From sequence record MT939492.1: a DNA stretch of 64,000 nt; one strand, 5' to 3'. Each line of letters begins with the position of its first letter. Position 1 is the first letter of the stretch. The notes below the pieces were generated by a model, which saw only the letters and a list, made by a program, of their open reading frames with translations, did not search any database and was not told where the DNA came from. Shown here in pieces: positions 27,138 to 36,691 of the stretch. The position numbers and the translations under genes were made by a program.

Positions 27138-28226
27138 ATGGGTAGAGTATTCCGTGCAGTGGTGACGCGCGAATGCGCCACACTGCGCGTGGATTCAAAC
27201 AAGCGAATGGCCGCGGATAACGTGTCTGGCCACGGTAAGGATATCTCGTTCTACAACGGACTCGGGCATGCCGTTGATGTGACAGATGTCTTGGGGGTCA
27301 GGACCACTATTCCTTCCAACACTCGTAGGAAGGCCGATGGGATATTTGAGGTCGTCGTCGTTTACAGGTGGAACCACAATGTAAATGTAGACATCTCTTC
27401 AGTATCTTCTGGAGTAGCCGAAAATCAGAGCAAGGTACGCAGGGCACTAATTGACGCACTGGACAATTCACGAGACATGATGGACAAGTTCCGTCGTACT
27501 CGAAGTCTACACATCTCCTTCACTCGTGAGGATCTCCGAGATAACGGTGGTGCGTTCTATATCCGAGAAATCGACATGGTCGTATCGGATGCGGACTTGG
27601 AAAGTGTGATCATTCACCCTCGATCGGAAGAGAGTAACATCGAACGACTGTTTGCCAGAGACAAGGATGAGGCCCGTGAAGGGTTCTTCGGATTTAACAT
27701 CAAACTTGTCGACAACCATGGACGACATGGCACGCAGTACCTGAATCTGAATGGAGTCGTCCACGACGTCCACCCTGTGAGCGCACCGGGGGTAGAAGAC
27801 GGCGTTTATGTCCTTACGCGACCACCAGCTACGGCTGGGGCAAACTTCCCGTCCACCCCAGTAATGGAGTGGTGTTCTCTTGAAGAGGCACGGAAGAAGT
27901 ATCGACTCTATGGAAGCTATCGTGAAGCCGACTCGCTCGGCGACTGGAAGGCGGAACAAGAGCGTAAGCGTGAAGAGGCAACGCAACAATTCAAGACAAA
28001 GGACATGGAGAACGTCCAAGTCATGACTGAGATCAAGCGAGAGTCTGATCTCATTAGCCATCACCGGAACATGGAAATGCTGCTGAGGAAGGAACGATCT
28101 GAAGAGGTCTCACTATCCCGGCGCGAGCATACCGAGTTCTGGAAGTCGATGCCAGCTGTCCTGACAGCGATTGGCGCAATACTGGCAGGTCTAAAGGCAT
28201 TCTCCATGTTTGGCAACAAGAACTAG
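27138..28226 (+). CDS. Conserved hypothetical protein with a hydrophobic C-terminal helix
   Basis: ORF with RBS gggga; AT-richer codons; ends VLTAIGAILAGLKAF. Confidence 0.75.
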   Translation: MGRVFRAVVTRECATLRVDSNKRMAADNVSGHGKDISFYNGLGHAVDVTDVLGVRTTIPSNTRRKADGIFEVVVVYRWNHNVNVDISSVSSGVAENQSKVRRALIDALDNSRDMMDKFRRTRSLHISFTREDLRDNGGAFYIREIDMVVSDADLESVIIHPRSEESNIERLFARDKDEAREGFFGFNIKLVDNHGRHGTQYLNLNGVVHDVHPVSAPGVEDGVYVLTRPPATAGANFPSTPVMEWCSLEEARKKYRLYGSYREADSLGDWKAEQERKREEATQQFKTKDMENVQVMTEIKRESDLISHHRNMEMLLRKERSEEVSLSRREHTEFWKSMPAVLTAIGAILAGLKAFSMFGNKN

Positions 28227-28254
28227 CAACAACCATCCTTAGCCCGAGGAAACG

Positions 28255-29877
28255 ATGGCGGACAAACATTACTCCAGGCTGCTCAGGGAAGTCACTCCAC
28301 GACTCAACCCTGACATCGCAGACGGTCTGGCAACCAAGCACGTGCCCTATGTTGACAAGATGGTGGACGATATCTTCCGCACCGCAGCTGCCGGTTTTCC
28401 GGACGGGCTGAAGTACGACGGATTCGCCCGCTGTACGCCGAGGGAGACCTTCAGGGAGATCACCAAGCGGGTCAACAGCCAAAGGACTTGGGAAACAGCA
28501 AAGACCAGTGCACATCTGAACAAGTACATGTTCAGCTACATGGGTCAGCCACTCGATCCGAGGTACATCTATCTGCCCAACGTCATGGACGGTGGTCTGA
28601 TGTATCTGCGTGGGTCGTTGTTCGCAGTGGCGCCGGTTTTGGCGGACCGGGTATTCAGCATCAACGCAACATCAATCTTTATCCCATTGCAAGGCGCCAA
28701 GCTCACTTTCGAGCGAATGTATTACACCTTCATGCGTGACGGCATTCAGGTTGACGCGCACTTGATCCATGCCTCGTTGTACAATCACACGGCGGAGGGC
28801 AAAGCAGAACTGGCCCGCCAGCCGATCCGTGGTGACTCGACGATGGCACATTACCTGTTCTGTCGCTATGGCGTGGAAGAGACCTTCAAGAACTACGGCG
28901 GCACCAACATCGTCGTGGGGAACTCGGCTTGGATCAACGAAGAAGCCTACCCGGCCAAAGACTGGGTGATCTTCTCCTCAGCGCAGGTCAAGCCACAAGG
29001 TGTTCGTCTGAAGATCGGTCACCCGGTCTCGGATATCCGCATGGCCATCCCTCGGGAGAACTATTCGGACGCAGTGCACATCCTGGTTGGCAGTTTCTTC
29101 TATGCCATTGACCATTTCCCCGAACGGTTCCCGCTGGAGTTCGCGCTCGACATCACCCGATGGCAGCTCGCACTCGGCATCTTCCTGTTCGGCGAAGGAC
29201 AGAGCGAGGGTAAGATCCTGGAGCGCCTCGACGACCACCTTGCGTCGCTCGATACCTACATGGATCGCAACTCCCGCAAGAAGCTCCTGGAAGATGGAGT
29301 GATCGTGGAGACGGTCTATGACCTGTTCTTCCACATGATCGACACCTTCCACAGCCGACTGACCGGTAATGCCAAGGACATTGCCAGCATGTACGGCAAG
29401 CAGTTCGTGATCCTGAGGTACATCGTCTTCGATATCAACAAGGCGATCTACAACTTCAGCTTCAACCTGCGTAACTCCAAGAAGCCGATCTTGAATCCCA
29501 AGGAGATCAACGCCGAGCTTCGGCGTACTCTGCGGACTGACTTGATCTTCCAGCTCAATCAGCCCACGCACAACGAAGTTACTTCGGTAACGTGCCCTGG
29601 TGACAACAAGGTCTTCAAGATCACCTCGCGTCTGGTGGCCCAGACCAGTACGACAGGTGGTCGCGGTGGTAACAAGGGTAGCATGAGCGACCCTGCACGA
29701 CAGCTGCACTCCTCCATGGCCGAGGTGGGTAGTTTCCGTAACATGTCTAAGAGTGATCCCACTGGTCGGGACCGCGCAAATGTGTACGTGCGCCTGTCCC
29801 ACGATGGACTGGTGGAAAGGTCACCCGCACTTCGTCCGATCCTGGATGATGTGCAACAGAGAATCCAACGGCGTTAA
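28255..29877 (+). CDS. Non-virion RNA polymerase beta subunit (phiKZ gp123-like)
   Basis: 540 aa; YLPNV..GG...LRGS and HSSMAEVGS...KSDPTGR motifs; position downstream of the capsid gene as in phiKZ. Confidence 0.72.
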   Translation: MADKHYSRLLREVTPRLNPDIADGLATKHVPYVDKMVDDIFRTAAAGFPDGLKYDGFARCTPRETFREITKRVNSQRTWETAKTSAHLNKYMFSYMGQPLDPRYIYLPNVMDGGLMYLRGSLFAVAPVLADRVFSINATSIFIPLQGAKLTFERMYYTFMRDGIQVDAHLIHASLYNHTAEGKAELARQPIRGDSTMAHYLFCRYGVEETFKNYGGTNIVVGNSAWINEEAYPAKDWVIFSSAQVKPQGVRLKIGHPVSDIRMAIPRENYSDAVHILVGSFFYAIDHFPERFPLEFALDITRWQLALGIFLFGEGQSEGKILERLDDHLASLDTYMDRNSRKKLLEDGVIVETVYDLFFHMIDTFHSRLTGNAKDIASMYGKQFVILRYIVFDINKAIYNFSFNLRNSKKPILNPKEINAELRRTLRTDLIFQLNQPTHNEVTSVTCPGDNKVFKITSRLVAQTSTTGGRGGNKGSMSDPARQLHSSMAEVGSFRNMSKSDPTGRDRANVYVRLSHDGLVERSPALRPILDDVQQRIQRR

Positions 29878-29902
29878 GCCAAGAACAGCGGAGTAAGCCA
29901 AG

Positions 29903-32119
29903 ATGTCACGTTCCCGTTCCCGCCTGCCTGTCGACCCGGAGTTTGTCGACAAGGGGTATTTCGTCCGTGGTTTGCCCGAGCGCATCCCGGACCGCTACAT
30001 TCCCAACATCCAGATCCCCGGTGCCATCGAGCGCGACCTGCCGTTGATCGCAGGTGTTGTGATGCAGGAACTGCAGGCCGAATACGGCCGGCATGAACTG
30101 CGCAATTTCCTGTACAACATGATGGCCGACAACGAGTTCGACAACAAGGACTACGATGCTCTCATCGGGTCGGTTGCCGAAGCGTTCTTCTTCTTCTACG
30201 AAGGCGAGCGCATGGATGCCGAAGAGGCCCTGCGCAAGGCCACCAAGATCGTGGTGAAGTTCACCATGGCGCTCTTCGTGGAAAAGTACCCGGAACTCGA
30301 TGAATACATCGACAACCGCATGGACCGCGAGCTGCGCGATGCCATGGATGATGGTCGCGACCTGATCGCCGATATCGAAGACTTCAGCCGTGGTGGTGGT
30401 CGTCGTGGTGGCCGTGGTCGTGATCGCGATGACCGTGATGATCGTCGTGACGACCGTCGTGGTGGTGGTCGTCGTGGTAGCCGTGAAGATGGCGGCTACC
30501 ATGGCAACGGCACTCGCGGCTACCGTGATGGTGGTCGTCGTCGTGACGAGGCCGATGAAGAAGCAACGGCTACGCGTCGTGGCGGCATGGCTGGTGCAGT
30601 ACGTGCGTCGAGCAAGGGCGACCGTACCGAGCGCACCGATCGTGATGATCGTCGCAACCGCCGTGACTCCTCGCGCAATGATCGTGATCGCGAGTTCAGC
30701 AACGGCGATATCGAAGAGCGCTCTGGCAACGACCTGCACGCGGTGGAAGAAGAGCTGCATGCTTCTCCGCAGGGCAGCAACTACCAGAACCACGAAGCAC
30801 AGCGCAAGGCCGACGCCAAGGGTGGTGCAATGCCGAAGCTGTTTGACCGCAGCGCCGGGCGTGTCGTGTCCTCCGGTGAAGTTGCCAAGGACAAGGTGCT
30901 GATCGACAACATCCGTGCCGGTCGTCCCTATGACCGCGTGGACCTGGAAGACGGTTCGTTCGTCGTCCCGGAAGTGCTGAGCACCCACAAGAAGACCTTC
31001 AGCCCGGAGCAGCCGTTCGCTCTGGTCTACGACCCCGCCCTCTTCGTGAAGTTCCACCGGGTTTACCCGGATGGTCGTGTCGAAGAAATCGTGAAAGAGC
31101 GCAACGAAGATATGGACTACCTGGACCTGGAAACCAACGACAACCTCAAGACCAAGGCGCAACATCAGCGTCGCCAGGGTCGTGTGGATCCCCGCTACGA
31201 TCTGGTGGCCAACATGCACAAGAAGGGCGAAAAGATGGTCGGCGTCGAGCCGGCAGCGCCGAAGGACGTCGAAGAAGGCGCCGACGCTACCTTCGACAAC
31301 CTGGTCTTCGGCCAGGATCTGGAAGTGGGCGACGTGGCAACCACCGTTCCGGCCATGTCGGTGGCTCAGGCCATCGCGATGACCGAAGTGGTGTCGGCCG
31401 AGAATGAAGGTGAGGACACCCCCAAGGAGTTCTACATCGACATCCTCACCCCGCACCTGGTGGAAACCAACCTGATCGGCGCGTTCCTGGCCATCGGCAA
31501 GGAAAAGACCGTGCAGGCTGCGCTGGCCAAGTTCTCCCAGCTCCAGGGTCAGGAAGACGTGCCGGTTCGTCTGTGGCATCAGCTCAACGATGCGCTGACC
31601 GCTCGCGTCAACTACCTGCTGAAGAACTCGATGGGGCTGAGCTGGACCATCGATACCGCTGCCGATGACTTCGGTGATCTGCTGAAGGCGATGCAGGCCA
31701 AGCCGGCTGTCGGCGTGGCTGCTGCCAACCTGCTGAACTCCAAGGTCGACGAGGTGTTCAACTCGGTGATGCGTGTGCTCAAGGACGAGGAGCTGGCTCG
31801 CTACTCCGAAGAGTACGGCAAGCCGGGTGCCGGTCTGCACTGGCTGGTATTCGCTCGTCGCCAGTCGGTGACGCTGCTGAGCTGGTCCAGCGCTGACATG
31901 GGCCCGTCGCTGGTCAACGGTGGCGCTGTCTCCGAGCAGCTCTACCCGAGCCTGCACCAGTCGCTGGAGCGTCTGCTGCAGCGTACCTCGATCGTCGGTG
32001 GCGAGTTCTGCCATCGTTACCTGGTGACCGAGGACAACGTGGTGTACGACCTGCAGGTGGGCTTCTTCAACAACAGCCACTACGTACTGACGCCGTCCAA
32101 CGTCAGCATCATGGGCTAA
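29903..32119 (+). CDS. Conserved protein with a central Arg/Gly/Asp-rich disordered region
   Basis: RGGGRRGGRGRDRDDRDDRRDDRRGGGRR low-complexity tract at about 30380-30720. Confidence 0.8.
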   Translation: MSRSRSRLPVDPEFVDKGYFVRGLPERIPDRYIPNIQIPGAIERDLPLIAGVVMQELQAEYGRHELRNFLYNMMADNEFDNKDYDALIGSVAEAFFFFYEGERMDAEEALRKATKIVVKFTMALFVEKYPELDEYIDNRMDRELRDAMDDGRDLIADIEDFSRGGGRRGGRGRDRDDRDDRRDDRRGGGRRGSREDGGYHGNGTRGYRDGGRRRDEADEEATATRRGGMAGAVRASSKGDRTERTDRDDRRNRRDSSRNDRDREFSNGDIEERSGNDLHAVEEELHASPQGSNYQNHEAQRKADAKGGAMPKLFDRSAGRVVSSGEVAKDKVLIDNIRAGRPYDRVDLEDGSFVVPEVLSTHKKTFSPEQPFALVYDPALFVKFHRVYPDGRVEEIVKERNEDMDYLDLETNDNLKTKAQHQRRQGRVDPRYDLVANMHKKGEKMVGVEPAAPKDVEEGADATFDNLVFGQDLEVGDVATTVPAMSVAQAIAMTEVVSAENEGEDTPKEFYIDILTPHLVETNLIGAFLAIGKEKTVQAALAKFSQLQGQEDVPVRLWHQLNDALTARVNYLLKNSMGLSWTIDTAADDFGDLLKAMQAKPAVGVAAANLLNSKVDEVFNSVMRVLKDEELARYSEEYGKPGAGLHWLVFARRQSVTLLSWSSADMGPSLVNGGAVSEQLYPSLHQSLERLLQRTSIVGGEFCHRYLVTEDNVVYDLQVGFFNNSHYVLTPSNVSIMG

Positions 32120-32126
32120 GGCCTGA

Positions 32127-32146
32127 TGGGGAGGGAAACCTCCCCA
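32127..32146 (+). terminator. Hairpin (GAAA loop)
   Basis: tggggagg-gaaa-cctcccca after stop 32119. Confidence 0.6.
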
Positions 32147-32324
32147 CTGTAAAAAGAAACAGCTGTAGACAATAATGTGGAGCTAGAGTTCCTACCTAGT
32201 GCTCGAAACTCCTAACGTGATAGCAGCTTAGCTGCATTGGCTAACGACGGTTGGTCAATAGGAAAGCACGCGCCGCTCCACCTTCCACCGGTGCGCCGCT
32301 GCTGCCCCATCCGCGTTACCACCT

Positions 32325-32375
32325 GCATACCCCCCGCCCCGTTCTGCGACGGTGGCGGGGGATTGCTTTTATGCC
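32325..32375 (+). promoter_or_regulatory. GCATA...TATGCC-flanked hairpin upstream of 32397
   Basis: gcatac-cccccgcc-ccgt-tctgcg-acgg-t-ggcggggg-attgctt-ttatgcc. Confidence 0.5.
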
Positions 32376-32396
32376 TTCTACCTAATGGAGCTGTCT

Positions 32397-33383
32397 GTGA
32401 ATACCCCGATGTTTTCCCTCGAAGACGATACCAACACCGTCTACGATCGTACCCCCCTGATGACCACCATTGGTGCGCGCATCACTGATTTCAACAACCG
32501 GATGGAATATCGCAACCTCGAAACCCGGATGGTTGTCTCTCCCGATGAAGATCAGGAGAAGCTGCCGGGCGACTTCGTTGCCATCGAGTTCGAGCAGTTC
32601 CCCACGGAGAACGAATCGTTCGCCATTCGTCAGGAACTGATCATGTCCGGCCTGTACATGCGTGCACACCTCGATGAGGGGCAGGCATCGCTGGAACAGG
32701 TCAAGGCGATCGTTGGCATGCTCGAAGTCCACTGGGGGCCGATGTATGATGCCGCCATTGCGGTCATCGACCTCATCCAGTCCGGCAAGGTGAATCCGAT
32801 CACCGTGCGCAAGTCCGACGAACTCGGTGACCATGAGCAGACCGTGTTCATGTCTTCCTACGGTGTCCCGCGTACCATGCAGGACATGGTGATCGATGAG
32901 ATCGGCCTGCCTCTGCGCACCAAGCTCAACGAAGCTCTGCGTAGCGATGGCCTGCCGTTTGTCATGGTCTATTCCCGCACCGTGGGTGAGGCGGTCTACG
33001 TCTTCTATCAGGAAGACAACCCCGACGCCATCAGCCTGCTGGACGTGGATGACTACATCGATCTCATCGCCCGTTCTGAAGTCGATCCGGCGATGCTGGC
33101 CGAAGCTGACAAGTTGACCATGCGCACCCGCCTGCTCAACGACATCATCGCCAAGTACGTCAGCAACCTCAACGACATCGCCACCAACACCAAGGGTGAT
33201 CTGAATTCGCCGCTGGTGCGGATGTTGCACGACGAGCTGACTTCCAACGAGTTCACGGCCGCTGCCGAGAAGCTGTTGGCGATCTCCGGCACTGAGCAGC
33301 TCATCCGCAATGCCTCGGCACATCACCTGTTCGTCCAGCTCACCCTGGCCGATCTGACCAACGACAAGAGCGTCATCGCTTAA
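32397..33383 (+). CDS. Hypothetical protein, probably virion-associated
   Basis: GTG32397 has GGAG 6 nt upstream; in frame with ORF 32352. Confidence 0.7.
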   Translation: MNTPMFSLEDDTNTVYDRTPLMTTIGARITDFNNRMEYRNLETRMVVSPDEDQEKLPGDFVAIEFEQFPTENESFAIRQELIMSGLYMRAHLDEGQASLEQVKAIVGMLEVHWGPMYDAAIAVIDLIQSGKVNPITVRKSDELGDHEQTVFMSSYGVPRTMQDMVIDEIGLPLRTKLNEALRSDGLPFVMVYSRTVGEAVYVFYQEDNPDAISLLDVDDYIDLIARSEVDPAMLAEADKLTMRTRLLNDIIAKYVSNLNDIATNTKGDLNSPLVRMLHDELTSNEFTAAAEKLLAISGTEQLIRNASAHHLFVQLTLADLTNDKSVIA

Positions 33384-33416
33384 TACCTTCATATCGCCTG
33401 GTGACATAGGCGCTTT

Positions 33417-33506
33417 AGCCCACTCCTATCCGGGGGGTGGGCTCTTTTTTACCGTCTTCTTTTTTTTTGTCTTCAGGGCATAGAGGGAGGCCCCGAAGGG
33501 CCTCCC
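33417..33506. terminator. Two hairpins between convergent genes
   Basis: agcccactcc/ggggtgggct plus U-tract for the + gene; gggcatagagggaggccc-cgaa-gggcctccc for the - gene. Confidence 0.7.
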
Positions 33507-33512
33507 ATTTCC

Positions 33513-36500
33513 TCAGTTCTGCTTAGCCTGTTCCATCGAGACGATCTTGACGGGCAGTCGGAATGCGCCATCGGCGTTGGCACGTGCCAGACGCTTCATG
33601 CCATCCAGAATGACCACACGACCATCTTCCTCGCGCACGCCTACCAGCGGGTAGCTGTAGTCGGCACGGGATACCAGACGCGGGGAAAGCGAGCCGGCCT
33701 GCTGCAGGTTGAACCGCAGATCCTTCACTTCCACCGACTCCGGTTCAATGGAGTGGGCTGCACGCAGCAGCGGGTTGATCGGACGACTCACGGCCTCGTA
33801 GAAGTAGGTACGATCATCGGCTTCCTGGTAGAGGTCGGCAATGGACTCGGTGGATGCCTCCTCACCGGTTTCCTCCTCAGCGCCAGTTTCGGCCGCTGCC
33901 TCTTCCTCGCCGGTTTCGGTCTGCTCCTCTTCTTCCTGCTCCTCTTCCTCTTCACCCGTGTCGGTCTGCTCTTCCTCACCGGTGTCCTGCGTTTCGTCAG
34001 GATTCTCGGTGTCAGTGCCGAACTCGTCCGCACCAGTGCCCATTCCGTCATCAGCGCCCGGACCAGCGCCACCGTCATCCGGCGGAGTTTCGTCCTGCGG
34101 CTCACGTGCCTCGACCAACTTCTTGATCTTGTCCATGTACTTGCCGAAGACCTTGTACAGCGTCTTCATGTGGTCATGGGTGGAATCGAAGATGTTGACC
34201 TTGCTCACGCCCTTCTCATCCAGCTCCATCAGCTCGAACAGCTCGGGCATGATGTTGTTGGTGCGCAGGTACTGACGCAGGTAGTGCGCCTTGGTCAGAG
34301 CGACCAGGCCTTCCACGGCACTGGAGATATCGGTGTTCTGATCGCCACCGCCATCGAACATTTCCTTGCTGATGTAGGCAGGCAGGACTTCATCCAGGGC
34401 TTCGCGGTACTCCTTGTACGCGTCGATCTGAACCTTGACCTTGGTCGTGTCCGGCGAAGGCAGTTCGCAGATGATCGAGTCGATGAACAGCTTGACGACG
34501 TTGTCGACGTTCAGTTCCTGACCATGGGTCTGGATGTACTGACGGACTTCATCGCCCAGCTTGCCCTTGTTCTCGACGATGATCTTGCGCAGACGATCCA
34601 GCAGCGTGCCGGAGTTGTAGGTGTACTTCTGCACGAAGTCAGTGACATGCGGGCAGAACTGTTCCTGCGTCTTCATCACGCGCTTGGTCAGCAGCAGGTT
34701 GTTGGTCACCGCCGTGGTCGCAAACTCCGGACCCTGGGCGTTGTCCACCATCTCCACCGGGATACCCAGCGACAGCGAGTGGTTCTTGCGCAGCAGGTTG
34801 TCCAGATCCAGATCCGGCTTGTTGACCGATGCTGCGAAGTCCTCGGCGTTGACTTCCGTGTTGGGGTAGCCATCGTTACCACTGACCACTACTTCCACAC
34901 CTGCGTTCTGCAGGAAGGAGATGATGTCCAACGGGTTGGAGGCACCCAGCGGGTAAGCCTGCTGACGGTTCTTGGAGAACTCGCCGATGATGAACTCGAC
35001 GGTATCCACCGGATCGTCGTCACGCTCATCGAGCTTGATGTTCAGCTTCGTACGACCCACCGAGTTACGCAGCGAACCCATCGTGTTGGCGAACATCAGG
35101 ATCGCCCGCATGCCGCCGAGGATCTTGGTGTCTTCCAGCAACGAACGACCGATGCCGAACTTGTTGTAGTCGATGGCGAAGTAGGTCACCATTTCAGCCG
35201 GGACGTACAGCAGACGCGTGTCCTGGTTGGCCAGGGTACGGGCCAGCATGATCCGGTAGACTTCTTCCGGACGAGCGATGGTGACGTTGGCACCTGCAGC
35301 ACCTGCACGCAGACGTGCCAGAACGTTCTGCTCGACCATGTCCGTGTAGGCGCGCTGGAGCGACTCACCGTCGATCTCGTTGTTGCCCTTCATGCCGTAC
35401 GTGCCGCGATGGGTCGACTGGATCAGCTGACTGATCATGTCGTTGTTCGCGTTCACGTTCTGGTTGAGCTGACCGTAGTAGTCGTCCTGGGTCGCCTTGT
35501 TGACCAGATGACCCTGCTCGTCGCAGACCAGGAAATAGCCGATGTGATCGGACGGATCGGACGGTACGAATACCGGGATCACTGCTTCCGACGGCGCCTC
35601 GATGACCAGCGGATGGCCCTTGGTCTTGGACTTGAGCTGATCACGGGTGTACAGGGTCTGCACCGGCATCGATGCGTAACGGCGCTGGGTGTACAGTGCC
35701 GACTGCACTTCCATCAGGGTCGGCTTGCCGTCAGTGCCAAGCGACTCCGTAGCCACCGTCACCTTGGGCAGGTTCAGCAGACCCTTGCGGTTGTTGCGAC
35801 GCTTGAGGATGGCGTCACTGCGATGATGAATGGCAGCCTGCGCCAGCGCAGGCATCTTCAGCATCTCGGGGTTGTCGGTGATGACCAGTCGACCGGCCTT
35901 GGCGGCATTGCTATCGCCGAAGGGACGGAAGACGGGGTTGTAGCTCTGGTTGGCATGCTGACCACTGCCACTGAACGACTCCAGAGCGAAGCCCACGCCA
36001 GCGGCCGTAGAAGTGCCCTTGGCGGCATCGCCAGCCGCTTCCTTAGGCTGACCCAGCCAGCCCAGGCAATTGCCGTCCACGCCTTCCACGGCAGCCTTGA
36101 CGGACTCCATGGAGGTGCGGGTCGGGTTGTTGATGACGTCGTCGATCGTGGACTCGGACAGGATGATCATCGGGCGGGAGCCGCGGTGATACAGGATGTC
36201 CTCCAACAATGTCGGAAGTCGGCTGTCCATCTTATAGACTTGCGAGAAGTGGGTAGAAACCACGTCCAGCAACAGGCCGGAGAGCTCGCTGTCGAAGATG
36301 CCATCCTGGACGCGATAGTTCAGCTTCGCGTTGATCATGTCCTTCGGGGACAGGATCGAGCTGACCATGATCTGCATGTTCAAACGCAGATCCGGCAGCA
36401 GCTGCATCAGGTTGGCCGAGTCGGTGACGTTGGTGGCCGTGTTGTCACTGAGCTTGGTGAAGAACTGATCACCCGGCAGGTTCACTTCACGACGGCGGAA

Positions 36501-36647
36501 CATCCCACCAGTCTGGACTTCCCGGTTGGCGTAGACCAACTTGGAAACCAGCGAACCGAGCTGCGGGCTGTTCTTCAGGGCCCCGATCTTCGGCATTGCC
36601 TTTCGGCGATCGCTGTCCTTCGAAAAGACGGGCGGCAGGTTGCTCAT
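33513..36647 (-). CDS. Portal protein (phiKZ gp129-like) with a C-terminal ParB/Srx-like domain
   Basis: DLRLNMQIMVSSILSPKD, PSEAVIPV.VP..P..HIGYF and KFGIGRSLLE are typical of the family; divergent from the baseplate gene as in phiKZ-like phages. Confidence 0.75.
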   Translation of the reverse strand: MSNLPPVFSKDSDRRKAMPKIGALKNSPQLGSLVSKLVYANREVQTGGMFRRREVNLPGDQFFTKLSDNTATNVTDSANLMQLLPDLRLNMQIMVSSILSPKDMINAKLNYRVQDGIFDSELSGLLLDVVSTHFSQVYKMDSRLPTLLEDILYHRGSRPMIILSESTIDDVINNPTRTSMESVKAAVEGVDGNCLGWLGQPKEAAGDAAKGTSTAAGVGFALESFSGSGQHANQSYNPVFRPFGDSNAAKAGRLVITDNPEMLKMPALAQAAIHHRSDAILKRRNNRKGLLNLPKVTVATESLGTDGKPTLMEVQSALYTQRRYASMPVQTLYTRDQLKSKTKGHPLVIEAPSEAVIPVFVPSDPSDHIGYFLVCDEQGHLVNKATQDDYYGQLNQNVNANNDMISQLIQSTHRGTYGMKGNNEIDGESLQRAYTDMVEQNVLARLRAGAAGANVTIARPEEVYRIMLARTLANQDTRLLYVPAEMVTYFAIDYNKFGIGRSLLEDTKILGGMRAILMFANTMGSLRNSVGRTKLNIKLDERDDDPVDTVEFIIGEFSKNRQQAYPLGASNPLDIISFLQNAGVEVVVSGNDGYPNTEVNAEDFAASVNKPDLDLDNLLRKNHSLSLGIPVEMVDNAQGPEFATTAVTNNLLLTKRVMKTQEQFCPHVTDFVQKYTYNSGTLLDRLRKIIVENKGKLGDEVRQYIQTHGQELNVDNVVKLFIDSIICELPSPDTTKVKVQIDAYKEYREALDEVLPAYISKEMFDGGGDQNTDISSAVEGLVALTKAHYLRQYLRTNNIMPELFELMELDEKGVSKVNIFDSTHDHMKTLYKVFGKYMDKIKKLVEAREPQDETPPDDGGAGPGADDGMGTGADEFGTDTENPDETQDTGEEEQTDTGEEEEEQEEEEQTETGEEEAAAETGAEEETGEEASTESIADLYQEADDRTYFYEAVSRPINPLLRAAHSIEPESVEVKDLRFNLQQAGSLSPRLVSRADYSYPLVGVREEDGRVVILDGMKRLARANADGAFRLPVKIVSMEQAKQN

Positions 36648-36691
36648 TATCCACTCCAGTACACAAACAATTTAGAAGGGAGGACGCAGCG

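Noticed and set aside
22298-29877. Intein or intron in DnaB or the RNAP subunit
   Set aside because: Lengths fit uninterrupted proteins; no C/S...HN splice motifs or homing endonuclease seen
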